Assembly: GCA_039794845.1 (NCBI GenBank)
Contig: JAUQVK010000009.1
Span: 1 to 36,701, forward strand
Source of the DNA: Thermostichus sp. DRC_bins_24
GTDB lineage: Bacteria > Cyanobacteriota > Cyanobacteriia > Thermostichales > Thermostichaceae
DNA length: 36,701 nt
Reading direction: 5' to 3'
The notes beneath the pieces are model-generated. The model ran no database searches. It saw only the letters and a program-made list of their open reading frames with translations, and had not been told where the DNA came from. Below, piece by piece: positions 9,219-18,825 of this stretch. Positions within the stretch are counted from its first letter, which is position 1. Each line of letters begins with the position of its first letter. The translations under genes and the position numbers were made by a program.

Positions 9219-10643
9219 TCAATGCCCCTCTCGCCAGGTGCCATGAAACCCCAGCGGGATCCGCTCTGGCAGTTCCAATCGCCCATAGGGCTCCCGGTCC
9301 AACTGAGCTGCATCCCAAATCCACACCTCTGAGCGATTCTGATTTCCGTTGAAAACGACGCTCAACAGCCAACCGCGACGGGGATCCTCGGCATCTTGGG
9401 CATAGACGGGTTCGCTGGGGTAACGGCCCTCTCCCAAATCCGCCTCCACCAGGGATCCGGTTTGGAGATCAACCCGGGCAAGGCTGCCGAACAGTTCACG
9501 GGCGGGATCAGCCTGCTGACGGTGCAACAGCAGGTAAAGGTAGCGATGGGGTTGGCCCACAACTGCCGGCTCAACCGTGGGGAACTCACAGCCCCGCTCC
9601 AGCAGGGGTTCTGATTCCACCACCCTGCCCGATTGCGAATCCACGCGAATTTGCCAAAGGGAGGCCGTCGCCGCCGTCTGGGTTTGCCCGGTTGCCACTT
9701 CTGCCAGGTGGCGGTTGGTGGTAAAGTCCGGGTAGCGAACCTGGGTGAAGATCAGCGACCCGTTCTGATCTTCGTAGCCATTGCCGAAATGCCACTGAAA
9801 AGCAGGAGCGGCCTCGTTGCGGCAGACGAGTTGTAGCGTCTCACGGTCGAAGAGCCACACTTGGCTGGGCCGGCCGGGATCCCAGCGGAGGCTGTCGCTG
9901 TAGCTTTTCAGGGTGGCCAAAACCGGCCAGGGGTTCAGACGCACGGGTGGCACCCAAAACAGAAGATAGCGCCCCGCCAAAACAAAATCGTGAATCAAGG
10001 GCAGCTCCGGCAACCGATGCCGGGTATGGGCTTGGATCTGGCCTTGGGCATCGCTGCGGTAGAGGTGGAGGATCCCCTGGCGGCCCAGCTCCACCCCGAA
10101 GTTGTAGATCCAGCCCGTGCGGGGATCCCGTTTGGGATGGGCGGAGTAGGAGGGCAGAGAGCGGCTACCCAGAAAATCCAAACCCTGGGTTGCCAAGGTT
10201 TCCGGATCCAGCCGGTGGGGTACTCCGGCTTCCCAAAGGGCGAGCAACCGATCCGGCAGGGCCAGTACCGAGGTATTGGCGGCATTTTTGGGGGCTTGCC
10301 CCGGCCATTTGGCCCGCATTCCGTATCCCCCAAATTGGTAATGTCCCGCCCGTTCTTCGGCTTGGTAGCCTGCCGTCTGGACATATCGGTAGAGGCCCGT
10401 GGCCCGGCTAGCACCGAAATGAACCGCCAGAACGGCTCCATCCCCATCGAACCAGTGGCCAACCCGTTCCTCACCCCGCTGCAGGCGACCTGGCCCGTTG
10501 CGGTAGAGGGATCCCTGTAGTCCAGGTGGAACGGCCCCGGAGAGTAAGGTCAGCTCGGTGGGGCCAAATTCTTGACCCGGTTCAGCGAGGGCCAAAGGCC
10601 AAAGAGGAACCCGTTGAGCAACGGCAGGCTTAAGAGCAGACAT
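9219..10643 (-). CDS. Carotenoid cleavage oxygenase (RPE65/CCD family)
   Basis: LYRNGPG, HWFDGDG, KNAANTSV, LALWEAG.P, SAHPKRD, IHDF, FQWHFGN, EFP, SEP, PLGFHGTW, including the four Fe-binding His. Start at ATG 10643, because the ORF-track extension runs into the IS end. Confidence 0.9.
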   Translation of the reverse strand: MSALKPAVAQRVPLWPLALAEPGQEFGPTELTLLSGAVPPGLQGSLYRNGPGRLQRGEERVGHWFDGDGAVLAVHFGASRATGLYRYVQTAGYQAEERAGHYQFGGYGMRAKWPGQAPKNAANTSVLALPDRLLALWEAGVPHRLDPETLATQGLDFLGSRSLPSYSAHPKRDPRTGWIYNFGVELGRQGILHLYRSDAQGQIQAHTRHRLPELPLIHDFVLAGRYLLFWVPPVRLNPWPVLATLKSYSDSLRWDPGRPSQVWLFDRETLQLVCRNEAAPAFQWHFGNGYEDQNGSLIFTQVRYPDFTTNRHLAEVATGQTQTAATASLWQIRVDSQSGRVVESEPLLERGCEFPTVEPAVVGQPHRYLYLLLHRQQADPARELFGSLARVDLQTGSLVEADLGEGRYPSEPVYAQDAEDPRRGWLLSVVFNGNQNRSEVWIWDAAQLDREPYGRLELPERIPLGFHGTWREGH

Positions 10644-10671
10644 GAGGCCAATGTTGGGAGCTTTTCCAAGG

Positions 10672-10905
10672 TGACATCCTCCCACGGGTTACGTTGCCTT
10701 TCAATCTGCTTTCAACCTTCATGATGCGGCTTACGGCCTTTGCGCGAGCTTTCCACGACAGGACTTGCGCTCCCTGTTCCCGCTACGCGGGGTGCGGAGC
10801 ACCATCCGGCTAGAAGCGGAAGTCACAGCTTCTGCAGTTGTAGGTGACAGGCGGTGCCCTGCCCGAACGCACTAGCGTGCCCTAGGCGTAAAGGGCTGTA
10901 GCAAC
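10672..10905 (-). mobile_element. IS200/IS605-derived non-autonomous element (tnpB 3' remnant plus right end), copy B
   Basis: The minus strand ends ...CCGTGGGAGGATGTCA at 10672, matching the typical IS605-family right end. Upstream, one minus frame reads VTYNCRSCDFRF*PDG, resembling the TnpB C-terminal CxxC..F..RD. Homologous to 3136-3270. The left boundary is uncertain and may reach about 11020. Confidence 0.65.
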
Positions 10906-11028
10906 CTTGCGAACCCGTAGCTTTCGGGCGTATCTCCCCTTTTGGACATGGACGAAACCCTATCGCCAGAGCGCGGATCTACCCGTCCAGAAGGCAAACG
11001 GAACCCGTTTCTTCCTCGTTGAGCTTCT

Positions 11029-12741
11029 TTAGGGCAGTATCAGGCGCCTTTCCGTAACTCGATCGCTTTGCTGAAGTCGGTCTGAGCTAACGGCCCAGGC
11101 CTCAAAAATCAGCTCAGGTACCCCAGGTGGGATCGTCATGCGGGTTAGGGCTTGCCACTGTCCTTGCTCATCACAAGAGAAATCCAGTAACCAACGGGGG
11201 CCATCCACCAAAGAGCGGGTACGGCCATGCTTCACCCAGAACTTAATCCAAAAGGGGGCTTGATTGGTGAATCCGCTGGGGGGGGGCTCGGCAAGAGCAG
11301 GCAAACGCAGCACCACATCGAAGTTGTCTCCTGCTCGGAGTTGCTCTGGCACCAACAGCTGTGGAGTGGGGCAGATCCCGGGTGGGTTAGGGGGCAGCAG
11401 CAAATCTTCAGAACTGACGACGGGTATCGCGGGTGCAGAAGGGGTGGGTGGGGACGCTGCTTCCAGTTGGGGTGGCTCAGGTTGCGGCGGTGGAGAGGGT
11501 TCGGGGGGAGACTCGGCCTGCGGGATCCGATCCAACTCCGGCTGCGGGGAAAGGGGATCTGGGGTGGGCAGCTTCAGATCCTCAGGTTCTACAACAGAAA
11601 CAAAAGCAGGGAATATTGAGGACGGGGTGGTTGCTGCTTCTTGGGCATCGACAACCGGCTCAGCAGAATCCGATTCCTGAACAGGGGCGCTCTGTTGCCA
11701 GATGCGCAGCAACTTTTGCAACGTGCGTTCGGGAGATAGAAGGGTGGTGGCTTCACCCCCGCCAGAGGGGGAGCGGATGGAGCGGCTGCTACTTGCAGCT
11801 TGAGCGGCTCCTTCCCGCAAACGGCTGAGGGGGATCCCTGAGGAAGAGGGCGTATAGACCCATGCTTCTGCTTCGGTGGCAGCCGGTTCCTGATCTCGAC
11901 AGCGAATGAAAAAGGGAATCGTCAGAGGTTGGGAGGGTCTCTGGGGATCCCGCCGACCGCTGGATGAGGGGGTTAGAACCAGTTCCCCCGTCAAGGGACT
12001 TGTCCAGATGCGGTTGGGGAGGGTGATGGGAATGCTGAACACCGCCGTGCGCGCCTCGGGAGGGAATTGAATGAGCCGTTGTCCCTCAAATATCGGCAGC
12101 TCATGGCCCTCTTGCCAAACCTGTACCCGCAACTCACCGCTACAGCCAATCCGCCCCGTGAGCACCAGTACCTCGTCGGGGGATCCCTCCAACTCCTTGT
12201 GCATCAAGGAGAAGAGCTCCGCTGCCCACTCTCGGGGGGGTTCTGGGGGATGTGCGCCAGGATCCGGCGCACGGAGAACCATCTCCGACCAGACCTCTTC
12301 AGAGGTGGCAGGGCTTCCCGTTTCGGCTTCCGGCAAGGGAGGTGGGGTCATTTCCAAACGCCTACCCACAGGCAACACCTGGAAACGCAGACAATTTTCC
12401 ACTTCCGCTTCGCCAAACAGTTCTGCGATCAAATCGGCATCCCGGCAGTGCAGTTCCCAAAACCCGGGGGTGAGGTGACTGGTGGGCAAAATAATGCCAA
12501 TCCCCTCGTCGTTGGTGCGCACCGAACGGGTTTGGATTTGCGGAGGAGCCGAATGGGGATCCGCAGGCTCAGAGCCATTGCCGGTTGGCAGTGGGTATTG
12601 GCGCACCTCCACCGTAATGGTGAAGTGGGGCTGTGGCGAACGGGCAACAATGCTATAGGTGTCTTCTTCCAGCACCGTACCCTCAGCGGGTACTGGCTTC
12701 CAGTCTTCCTGGTTGTTGCGCCGAACCCAAAAACTCAACAT
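11029..12741 (-). CDS. Conserved cyanobacterial hypothetical protein with Pro/Glu-rich linkers
   Basis: ATG 12741 with GGAG upstream, just after the hisS stop. Predicted globular N- and C-terminal parts (FWIKFWVKHGRTRSLVDGPRWLLDF) are separated by PE-rich low-complexity segments. Confidence 0.75.
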   Translation of the reverse strand: MLSFWVRRNNQEDWKPVPAEGTVLEEDTYSIVARSPQPHFTITVEVRQYPLPTGNGSEPADPHSAPPQIQTRSVRTNDEGIGIILPTSHLTPGFWELHCRDADLIAELFGEAEVENCLRFQVLPVGRRLEMTPPPLPEAETGSPATSEEVWSEMVLRAPDPGAHPPEPPREWAAELFSLMHKELEGSPDEVLVLTGRIGCSGELRVQVWQEGHELPIFEGQRLIQFPPEARTAVFSIPITLPNRIWTSPLTGELVLTPSSSGRRDPQRPSQPLTIPFFIRCRDQEPAATEAEAWVYTPSSSGIPLSRLREGAAQAASSSRSIRSPSGGGEATTLLSPERTLQKLLRIWQQSAPVQESDSAEPVVDAQEAATTPSSIFPAFVSVVEPEDLKLPTPDPLSPQPELDRIPQAESPPEPSPPPQPEPPQLEAASPPTPSAPAIPVVSSEDLLLPPNPPGICPTPQLLVPEQLRAGDNFDVVLRLPALAEPPPSGFTNQAPFWIKFWVKHGRTRSLVDGPRWLLDFSCDEQGQWQALTRMTIPPGVPELIFEAWAVSSDRLQQSDRVTERRLILP

Positions 12742-12748
12742 AACTCCG

Positions 12749-14014
12749 TCACCTCTCCATTTGGGACGCCAAGTATCCGGCCAAGTCGGCTTGCAAGAGG
12801 GTTTGCTGCTCACCTGTAGGCAAATGCTTGAGCTGCACCTCTCCGGCGACAGCCTCTGCATCCCCCAGAGTAACAGCCCAAAGGGCTCCGCTGCGGCTGG
12901 CCCGTTTGAACTGTTTGCCGAAGGCACTACCGCTCAGATCCAGCTCGGTGCTAAAACCCGCTCGGCGTAGGGTTTGGGCAATCTGCAGTGATTGCGCCTC
13001 GGCTTTTTCCCCACGAGAGATGACATAAACCTGGACGGTTGCAGGGGCACCAACCCCTTGTTTTTTTTGCAACAGCAACACCAAGCGCTCCATGCCCATG
13101 GCCCAACCCACTGCCGGAGTGGGGGGACCCCCCAGTTCTTCCACCAAGCCGTCGTACCGACCACCCCCACAGACGGTGCTCTGGGATCCCAAATCGGGAG
13201 AGACGATTTCAAAGGCGGTGTGGGTGTAGTAGTCGAGGCCCCGCACCAGACAGGGATCCAACCGATAGGGGATGCCTAGCATCTGCAGTTGGGCTTGCAC
13301 CTGCTCAAAGAAAGCTCGTGACTCAGGGCTGAGGTAATCCAGCAGTTTGGGGGCCTGGTCGGCGATGGCGCGGGTACGGGGATCCTTGCTGTCGAGAATG
13401 CGGAGGGGGTTGCGGGTGAGGCGATCTTGCGAGTCGGGATCCAGCTGATCCCGCAGGGGGGTGAGATAGTCCACCAGGGCTTGGCGATAGGCAAGACGAT
13501 CCTGCGGATCCCCAATCGAGTTGAGCAACAAGGTCAGGTTCTGGGCTCCCACCGCCTGCAACAGATCCCAGGCCAGAGCAATCACTTCCGCATCGGCGCG
13601 GGGATCCCGGCTGCCGATCAGCTCTAGGCCCAACTGATGAAACTGGCGTTGCCGCCCCGCTTGCGGACGCTCATAGCGAAACATCGGCCCCAGATACCAA
13701 AGGCGCTGTACATCCGCTGTCATCTGCAGTTTGTGTTGAATGTAAGCCCGCACCACACCGGCGGTATTTTCGGGGCGCAAGCTCACCTCCTGCTCACCCC
13801 GGGTGCTGAAGGAGTACATCTCTTTGCCCACCACATCGGTGGCGCTGCCGATACCACGGGCAAACAGCTCCGTCAGCTCAAAGATAGGAGTGCGAATTTC
13901 CCGGTAACCGGCCCGCCCCAAGATATCACGGGCCTTAGCTTCCACCTGCTGCCAAAGGCTCACCTCCTCCGGCAGAATATCCCGTGTCCCCCGCACCGCC
14001 TGGATAGTCTCCAT
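12749..14014 (-). CDS. hisS: Histidine--tRNA ligase
   Basis: RGTRDILP, TPIFE.TELF.RGIG..TDVVGKEMY, LRPENTAG, GPMFRYERPQAGRQRQFHQ, LVRGLDYY, GGGRYDGL. Confidence 0.97.
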   Translation of the reverse strand: METIQAVRGTRDILPEEVSLWQQVEAKARDILGRAGYREIRTPIFELTELFARGIGSATDVVGKEMYSFSTRGEQEVSLRPENTAGVVRAYIQHKLQMTADVQRLWYLGPMFRYERPQAGRQRQFHQLGLELIGSRDPRADAEVIALAWDLLQAVGAQNLTLLLNSIGDPQDRLAYRQALVDYLTPLRDQLDPDSQDRLTRNPLRILDSKDPRTRAIADQAPKLLDYLSPESRAFFEQVQAQLQMLGIPYRLDPCLVRGLDYYTHTAFEIVSPDLGSQSTVCGGGRYDGLVEELGGPPTPAVGWAMGMERLVLLLQKKQGVGAPATVQVYVISRGEKAEAQSLQIAQTLRRAGFSTELDLSGSAFGKQFKRASRSGALWAVTLGDAEAVAGEVQLKHLPTGEQQTLLQADLAGYLASQMER

Positions 14015-14117
14015 CCTTCGTCTCCCTCTCTTGGACGGGCTTGTCCGCGTCGCTGCTCACCCATTCTCAACCATAGCGCCAGCAGGCTCTATGCAGACTG
14101 CTGACGAATAAGCCCCT

Positions 14118-14918
14118 CTAAGGCTGAACTTCCGGGCAAAGTGTGCTGGGATCCGACCCACAGGGGTAGGCAGCGGCGATCTGGCTGGTGGCAACAACCG
14201 CGGCGGTGGTGGCTCGCAAAATGGTAGCCCCCAGGGAGACGGGCACTCCCCCGTAGACCTGGGCCTGCTGGAGTTCGGCTGCTGTCCACCCTCCTTCGGG
14301 GCCAATGGCAATGGCCACCGGAAAGACGGGATCCCGAGCGTGAACCCTCTTGCGGGGCAAGGCGTGCATCAACAGGGGAGCCCTGCCGCGAGCAACGGCT
14401 ATCCCCCACCAATCGGCTTTTAGATCGGCCAGCCAACCGGCCCAGGGAGTCGGTGGGTCAATCTGCGGCCAGCGCAAACGCTCACATTGTTCTGCGGCCT
14501 CTTGCACCATTTTTTGCCACCGTTCCTGCCGACCGGATCCGGGATCCAACACCGTTCGCTCCGTGAGCAAAGGGGTAATTCGGGCCACCCCCAGTTCCGT
14601 AACCTGGCGAAACACCTCATCAAACCCTTGCCCCTTGACCACCGCCAGCCCCAAATGCAGGTGAATGGGCAATTCCCGTGGCAGAGTTTCCACTTCACCC
14701 GCAATACGGGATCCCTGCAGTTGCCAATGGGCCAACCACAGAGCTCCTGAGCCGTCGAAAACCAAAAACGGATCCCCAGGTTTAAGGCGGCGCACCCGTT
14801 GCAGGTAGTGCTGTTGGGGACCGGTTAACTTGAGGTTGCCCAGGGGATCCCGTTGTTCTGGGGCGATCACCAGCCGGGGCAGAGGGCTTAGGTCATGCGT
14901 GCGTTCAGACAACACCAT
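14118..14918 (-). CDS. rsmE: 16S rRNA (uracil1498-N3)-methyltransferase
   Basis: HYLQRVRRLKPGD, TELGVARITPL.TER, EAAEQCER, IGPEGGWT, SLGATILRATTA. The start is uncertain; ATG 14918 overlaps the prmA end. Confidence 0.9.
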   Translation of the reverse strand: MVLSERTHDLSPLPRLVIAPEQRDPLGNLKLTGPQQHYLQRVRRLKPGDPFLVFDGSGALWLAHWQLQGSRIAGEVETLPRELPIHLHLGLAVVKGQGFDEVFRQVTELGVARITPLLTERTVLDPGSGRQERWQKMVQEAAEQCERLRWPQIDPPTPWAGWLADLKADWWGIAVARGRAPLLMHALPRKRVHARDPVFPVAIAIGPEGGWTAAELQQAQVYGGVPVSLGATILRATTAAVVATSQIAAAYPCGSDPSTLCPEVQP

Positions 14919-15838
14919 TCCCCCCGTCGCCAGAGGGCCGCCACCAGCCATTCGTTGGCCTCCAACATCTCTGCCACAAACTTGGCCTGATCGATGAGAA
15001 TACCGCTCAGGATCAGCCATCCTCCGTCTTTCACCACCAGGCGAAACTCCGGGATCATATCCAGAATCACATCCGCCAGGATGTTGCACACCAGCCCATC
15101 CACCATCTGGGGAATATGCTCCAGGCTGCCCTGGGCAACCACGATCCGGTCGGTGAGGCCGTTGGCATCACGGTTGAGGAGGGTAGCCTGTACCGCCACC
15201 GGATCTGTATCCACCGCAAACACCTGCTGCGCCCCCAACAGGGCCGCTGCCAACGACAAAATGCCAGAGCCACAGCCCACGTCCGCCAAAGTCGCCGCCG
15301 GGGGATCCTCGTGCGCCTCTCCCCAGGTTGCCAGGCGCATCTCCAAAGACTCCAGGCACAACTGGGTGGTGGGGTGAACACCGGTGCCAAAGGCCATGCC
15401 GGGATCCATGCGCAACAGGTGACGACCGGGATGCGGCGGGGGATCCAACCAAGCCGGACAAATGAGCAACTTATCCCCAATGGTTTGCGGCTGCCAATGC
15501 CGCTTCCAGGTGCTGCTCCAGTCCTCAGACTCTAGGCGCTCCCAACGTAGCTGTGGGATGCGGTGACCGGCGATCAGGGCATCTTGCTGTAGGCGCAGGG
15601 AGAGGGCGGCCAAATCCAGGAGGGTGGTGTGGGGCCAAGGCAAATAAGCATGAATGCTGAGTTGCTCTTCGCCACAGGCCTGGCTGGTCATGCCCTGACA
15701 GCCAAAACTCTCCAGCCGCCAAAAGATCAGATCTTCTTGAGAGGGAGAGGCCATCAGGTTGAGATCCCACCAGGCTCCACTGGGATCCGGCGCATGCACA
15801 GGCGAGGATAAGGCTGGATCGGCAACAGTCGTGCTCAC
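14888..15838 (-). CDS. prmA: 50S ribosomal protein L11 methyltransferase
   Basis: EDWSSTWKRHW, DPGMAFGTGVHPTT.LCL, DVGCGSGILS, VCNILA, LILSGIL. Confidence 0.95.
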   Translation of the reverse strand: MSTTVADPALSSPVHAPDPSGAWWDLNLMASPSQEDLIFWRLESFGCQGMTSQACGEEQLSIHAYLPWPHTTLLDLAALSLRLQQDALIAGHRIPQLRWERLESEDWSSTWKRHWQPQTIGDKLLICPAWLDPPPHPGRHLLRMDPGMAFGTGVHPTTQLCLESLEMRLATWGEAHEDPPAATLADVGCGSGILSLAAALLGAQQVFAVDTDPVAVQATLLNRDANGLTDRIVVAQGSLEHIPQMVDGLVCNILADVILDMIPEFRLVVKDGGWLILSGILIDQAKFVAEMLEANEWLVAALWRRGEWCCLNARMT

Positions 15839-16226
15839 AGGGTTCCCTTTAACAGGCCAAGAGAAAAACAGGGAGGATAGAGATGCGGCTCAGCAAGGCC
15901 AATTGATTTCTCAGCAGGGATCCCACACCATCGGGTCAGAAGCAAGAGGATAGGGGATCCCCCCGATTAGGGGATGATTGACATCTCCCTTTCTGATACT
16001 CAGCTTAGCGCCATGGGATAAAGTAAATGAATAAGGATTGGACACAATGTTGACATTATTTTCTGGGCTCCGGTGATTTTAATTCCGGATGACTGGGGTT
16101 CGGCTGTACCTTTTGCTGGGCAGATTGGGTGTCTTGGGTGTCGGTGGAGCAGTCAACACAGTTAAGATGCCCTGAAGCTCAAGGTCGTCCCCTGGGGGAC
16201 TGCTGAAGAGCGGGAGGTTTGTAAAG

Positions 16227-16973
16227 ATGGTTGCGAATGTGGATCCCCAGCCGATCAAAGTCAGCACTCGCTCAGCCTTGATGCGGCGCTTCAATCAAAG
16301 TTTTCCCCCTTTTTACAGCCAGTTCGTCAGCAGCGAGGTGCAGGGGCAGAATCTCCGCTTGGCCTATGCCCTCTACCAAACCCGCAAGGCCGTGGTGCAC
16401 ATGCAAGATGAACGGCGCAAGACGGTGGTTTGTCTGGCCTATCGCAACCAACCCTCTTTGCTCAGCGACCTGTTTGGGGTGCTCACTGCGTTTAACCTCT
16501 CGGTACATGGGATCAACCTGTATGGGCAAATCTACTCACCTTACTTGGTTTTTATCCGCGTTACCGTTTCCCGCGATGGCAACAGCCTGTCTTCTCAGAC
16601 CAAGCTCAATTTGGAGCGGGCCATCCATGAGTGCTTGGCGGGCGTCTTTCGCGTCCATGAAACCCTGGCCCTGGAGTTTGATCTCAAAGCTGGGCTGAAG
16701 GACACCCAGGTTTCTTTTTATTCCGACCAGGTGTTTCACCTACCCACCCTCTTGGTGGATACCGATAACCAACCGGGCATGTTTTACCGCGTCATGACCG
16801 CCCTCTGGCAGGAAGATCTGACGGTGATCAACCTGAACCTGATGCTGCGCCGCGACCAAACCCGCTTTATTTTCTATTTGCTGGGGCCAGATTCTACGAC
16901 TTCGATGCCCGAGTTTTTGGGGCAAAAGTTAGCTGCCAGCATCCAGCAGCGCCTACAAGGGGATCTCGCTTGA
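16227..16973 (+). CDS. Cyanobacterial hypothetical protein with tandem ACT-like domains
   Basis: RNQPSLLSDLFGVLTAFNLSV and TDNQPGMFYRVMTALWQEDLTV resemble the GlnD-type ACT signature D.PGLL..I...L....L.I. Confidence 0.65.
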   Translation: MVANVDPQPIKVSTRSALMRRFNQSFPPFYSQFVSSEVQGQNLRLAYALYQTRKAVVHMQDERRKTVVCLAYRNQPSLLSDLFGVLTAFNLSVHGINLYGQIYSPYLVFIRVTVSRDGNSLSSQTKLNLERAIHECLAGVFRVHETLALEFDLKAGLKDTQVSFYSDQVFHLPTLLVDTDNQPGMFYRVMTALWQEDLTVINLNLMLRRDQTRFIFYLLGPDSTTSMPEFLGQKLAASIQQRLQGDLA

Positions 16974-17036
16974 TCCCGTCGCTTACCAAAGTGAATTTCC
17001 ACCCTCAACGCTTTGTGCGCCGGATCCTGACGCACT

Positions 17037-17786
17037 CTACAGATCTGGGGGATCTGGGGGCAAATCGAAAAGGACGGTGTTCATGTAGCGCTCTGCCCAT
17101 TCTGGGCCGAAGGCTTTTTCTAAGACGCGGCGGGTGCGGTCATTCTGCTGTTGTTGGCTACAGTAGCGGTGCTGCCCTTGATAATGGACCAAAATTTGGC
17201 TGGGATCCCTCTGGGGAGCCATGTGTTGGGCAAGGCGACAGTGAATTTCCAGGTAACGGCTGGCCAAAGCCAAAAACCGATCCGCCTCTTCCTCATCGCT
17301 GGGGCGGATAAACAGACAGTAGGGGGAAAAAATCGTTCCCCACCCCGGCAGCTCGCGCCGTTGCTGAAACGGGGCCCAATGGGATCCCAAGGCTTCCAAC
17401 TCCCGGATATAAAGATCCGGCAAACTCGGTGTCACCGGCGACAGATCGACAATGGCAGCACTCACCTGTCCCCGACCGGCGACAAGGTCACAGCCAAACA
17501 TCGGCAGAGCATACTGCGGCTGCGGAAACATGACGCAATGGAGAATATCCAGGCTTTGGCCGGCACGGGCCAGCTCCAGGTGCAGCTTGCGAAAGGGATC
17601 CCCTTGGTAACAGCGGTTCTCGATTTGGAGCTTTTCCCCCTCCAGGCGGCCTTCCACATAGCCAAGATCTTCCGGCAGGGGGTAGGGCTTGAGCGTGAAG
17701 CTGGATCCCCAAATGTTTAGGATCGCTTCCGACAGGCGCTGGATCAGAGGATGCAGTTGAGCGTGCAAAGTAGGAGGGGTGAGCAT
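17037..17786 (-). CDS. pcyA: Phycocyanobilin:ferredoxin oxidoreductase
   Basis: [71 protein letters not shown]. Start at ATG 17786. Confidence 0.95.
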   Translation of the reverse strand: MLTPPTLHAQLHPLIQRLSEAILNIWGSSFTLKPYPLPEDLGYVEGRLEGEKLQIENRCYQGDPFRKLHLELARAGQSLDILHCVMFPQPQYALPMFGCDLVAGRGQVSAAIVDLSPVTPSLPDLYIRELEALGSHWAPFQQRRELPGWGTIFSPYCLFIRPSDEEEADRFLALASRYLEIHCRLAQHMAPQRDPSQILVHYQGQHRYCSQQQQNDRTRRVLEKAFGPEWAERYMNTVLFDLPPDPPDL

Positions 17787-17916
17787 GGGATCCAAGCAAT
17801 AAGTCAGACAGGAGGCCAGAAACAAACCGGTAGAGAAATCCTTGCAGGCCAGGGTCTGACCCACCTTATTCCACTATCCCACCCTTTCGTCGGCCAGCAG
17901 GCAATTCTGAGCTTCT

Positions 17917-18825
17917 TTACTCCCGCACGGCCCCCGCCGTCAGCCCCCGCACATAGTAACGCTGCAACACCAAAGCCAGGATCAACACCGGCGCCACCGC
18001 GATCACCCCCAAAGCGCTCATCCGCCCCCAGGCCACCTCGTAGGTGCTAAAGGCTTCTAAGATCCCCAGGGTCAACAGGCGCGTGCGCACCCCCGACAAG
18101 ACCAATGGGCTGAAAAAATCGTTCCAGGAGAAGATGAAGCCCAACAGGCTGACGGTGATCACCCCCGGTAAGGAGAGGGGCAACGCCACCCGCCAAAAGG
18201 CCCCCCAGCGGCTACACCCATCCACCCAAGCGGCCTCCTCCAGCACCGTGGGCATGCCCACAAAAAAGCCGCGCATAAACCAGGCCACGAAGGTGATTTT
18301 GAAAACGCTTTGCAACAGAATCAGCCCGATGTAGCTATCGAGCAACCGCAGATCCCGCATCATCAAATAAAAGGGCAACAGCAAAGCAACGGGCGGGAAC
18401 AGACGGATCCCCAACAACGCCAGAGCCAACCCATCTGCCCAACCCCCTGGCTGCCGGGCCAAACCGTAGCCAGCAGGGATCCCCAACAGCAACGCCAACA
18501 GGGTGGATCCCACCGAAACAATCAGAGTATTGACCAAGTAGCGCCCCACCGCTACCTCTCGCCACAGAGCGCGGTAGTTTTCCCAACTGGGCCGAAAGGC
18601 TTGAAACAGGTTAATGGTCTGGGATCCCTGGCCTGTTTTCAGAGAAATCAGCAGCATCCACCCCAGCGGCAGCAAGAACACCAGCAGCACCAGAGCGGCC
18701 AGCAGATACAGCAGCACAGGTCTGAGCCAACGGTTCCGCCTTGGGTCGGGTTGCGCCATTTTGGCGATGGGCTTGGACTCCAGGGGTGTTGTGGTTTTGG
18801 GATCCCCTGCCTCGGTTAGGTTCAT
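17917..18825 (-). CDS. Carbohydrate ABC transporter permease (MalG-like)
   Basis: EAA motif LEEAAWVDGCSRWGAFWRVALPL, FIFSWNDF, several TM segments. ATGA overlap with the upstream permease. Confidence 0.92.
   Translation of the reverse strand: MNLTEAGDPKTTTPLESKPIAKMAQPDPRRNRWLRPVLLYLLAALVLLVFLLPLGWMLLISLKTGQGSQTINLFQAFRPSWENYRALWREVAVGRYLVNTLIVSVGSTLLALLLGIPAGYGLARQPGGWADGLALALLGIRLFPPVALLLPFYLMMRDLRLLDSYIGLILLQSVFKITFVAWFMRGFFVGMPTVLEEAAWVDGCSRWGAFWRVALPLSLPGVITVSLLGFIFSWNDFFSPLVLSGVRTRLLTLGILEAFSTYEVAWGRMSALGVIAVAPVLILALVLQRYYVRGLTAGAVRE

Noticed and set aside
10698..10720. TTGAAAG-CAGA-TTGAAAG on the minus strand, resembling a CRISPR repeat 3' end (ATTGAAAG)
   Set aside because: No regularly spaced repeat-spacer units and no cas genes. 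Better explained as part of the IS605-derived element.
12742..12927. Long N-terminal extensions in the ORF track (e.g. 12927, 15089, 34785, 10685, 26179, 32284)
   Set aside because: They overlap neighbouring genes or elements. Downstream starts with an RBS or family-typical N-termini fit better.
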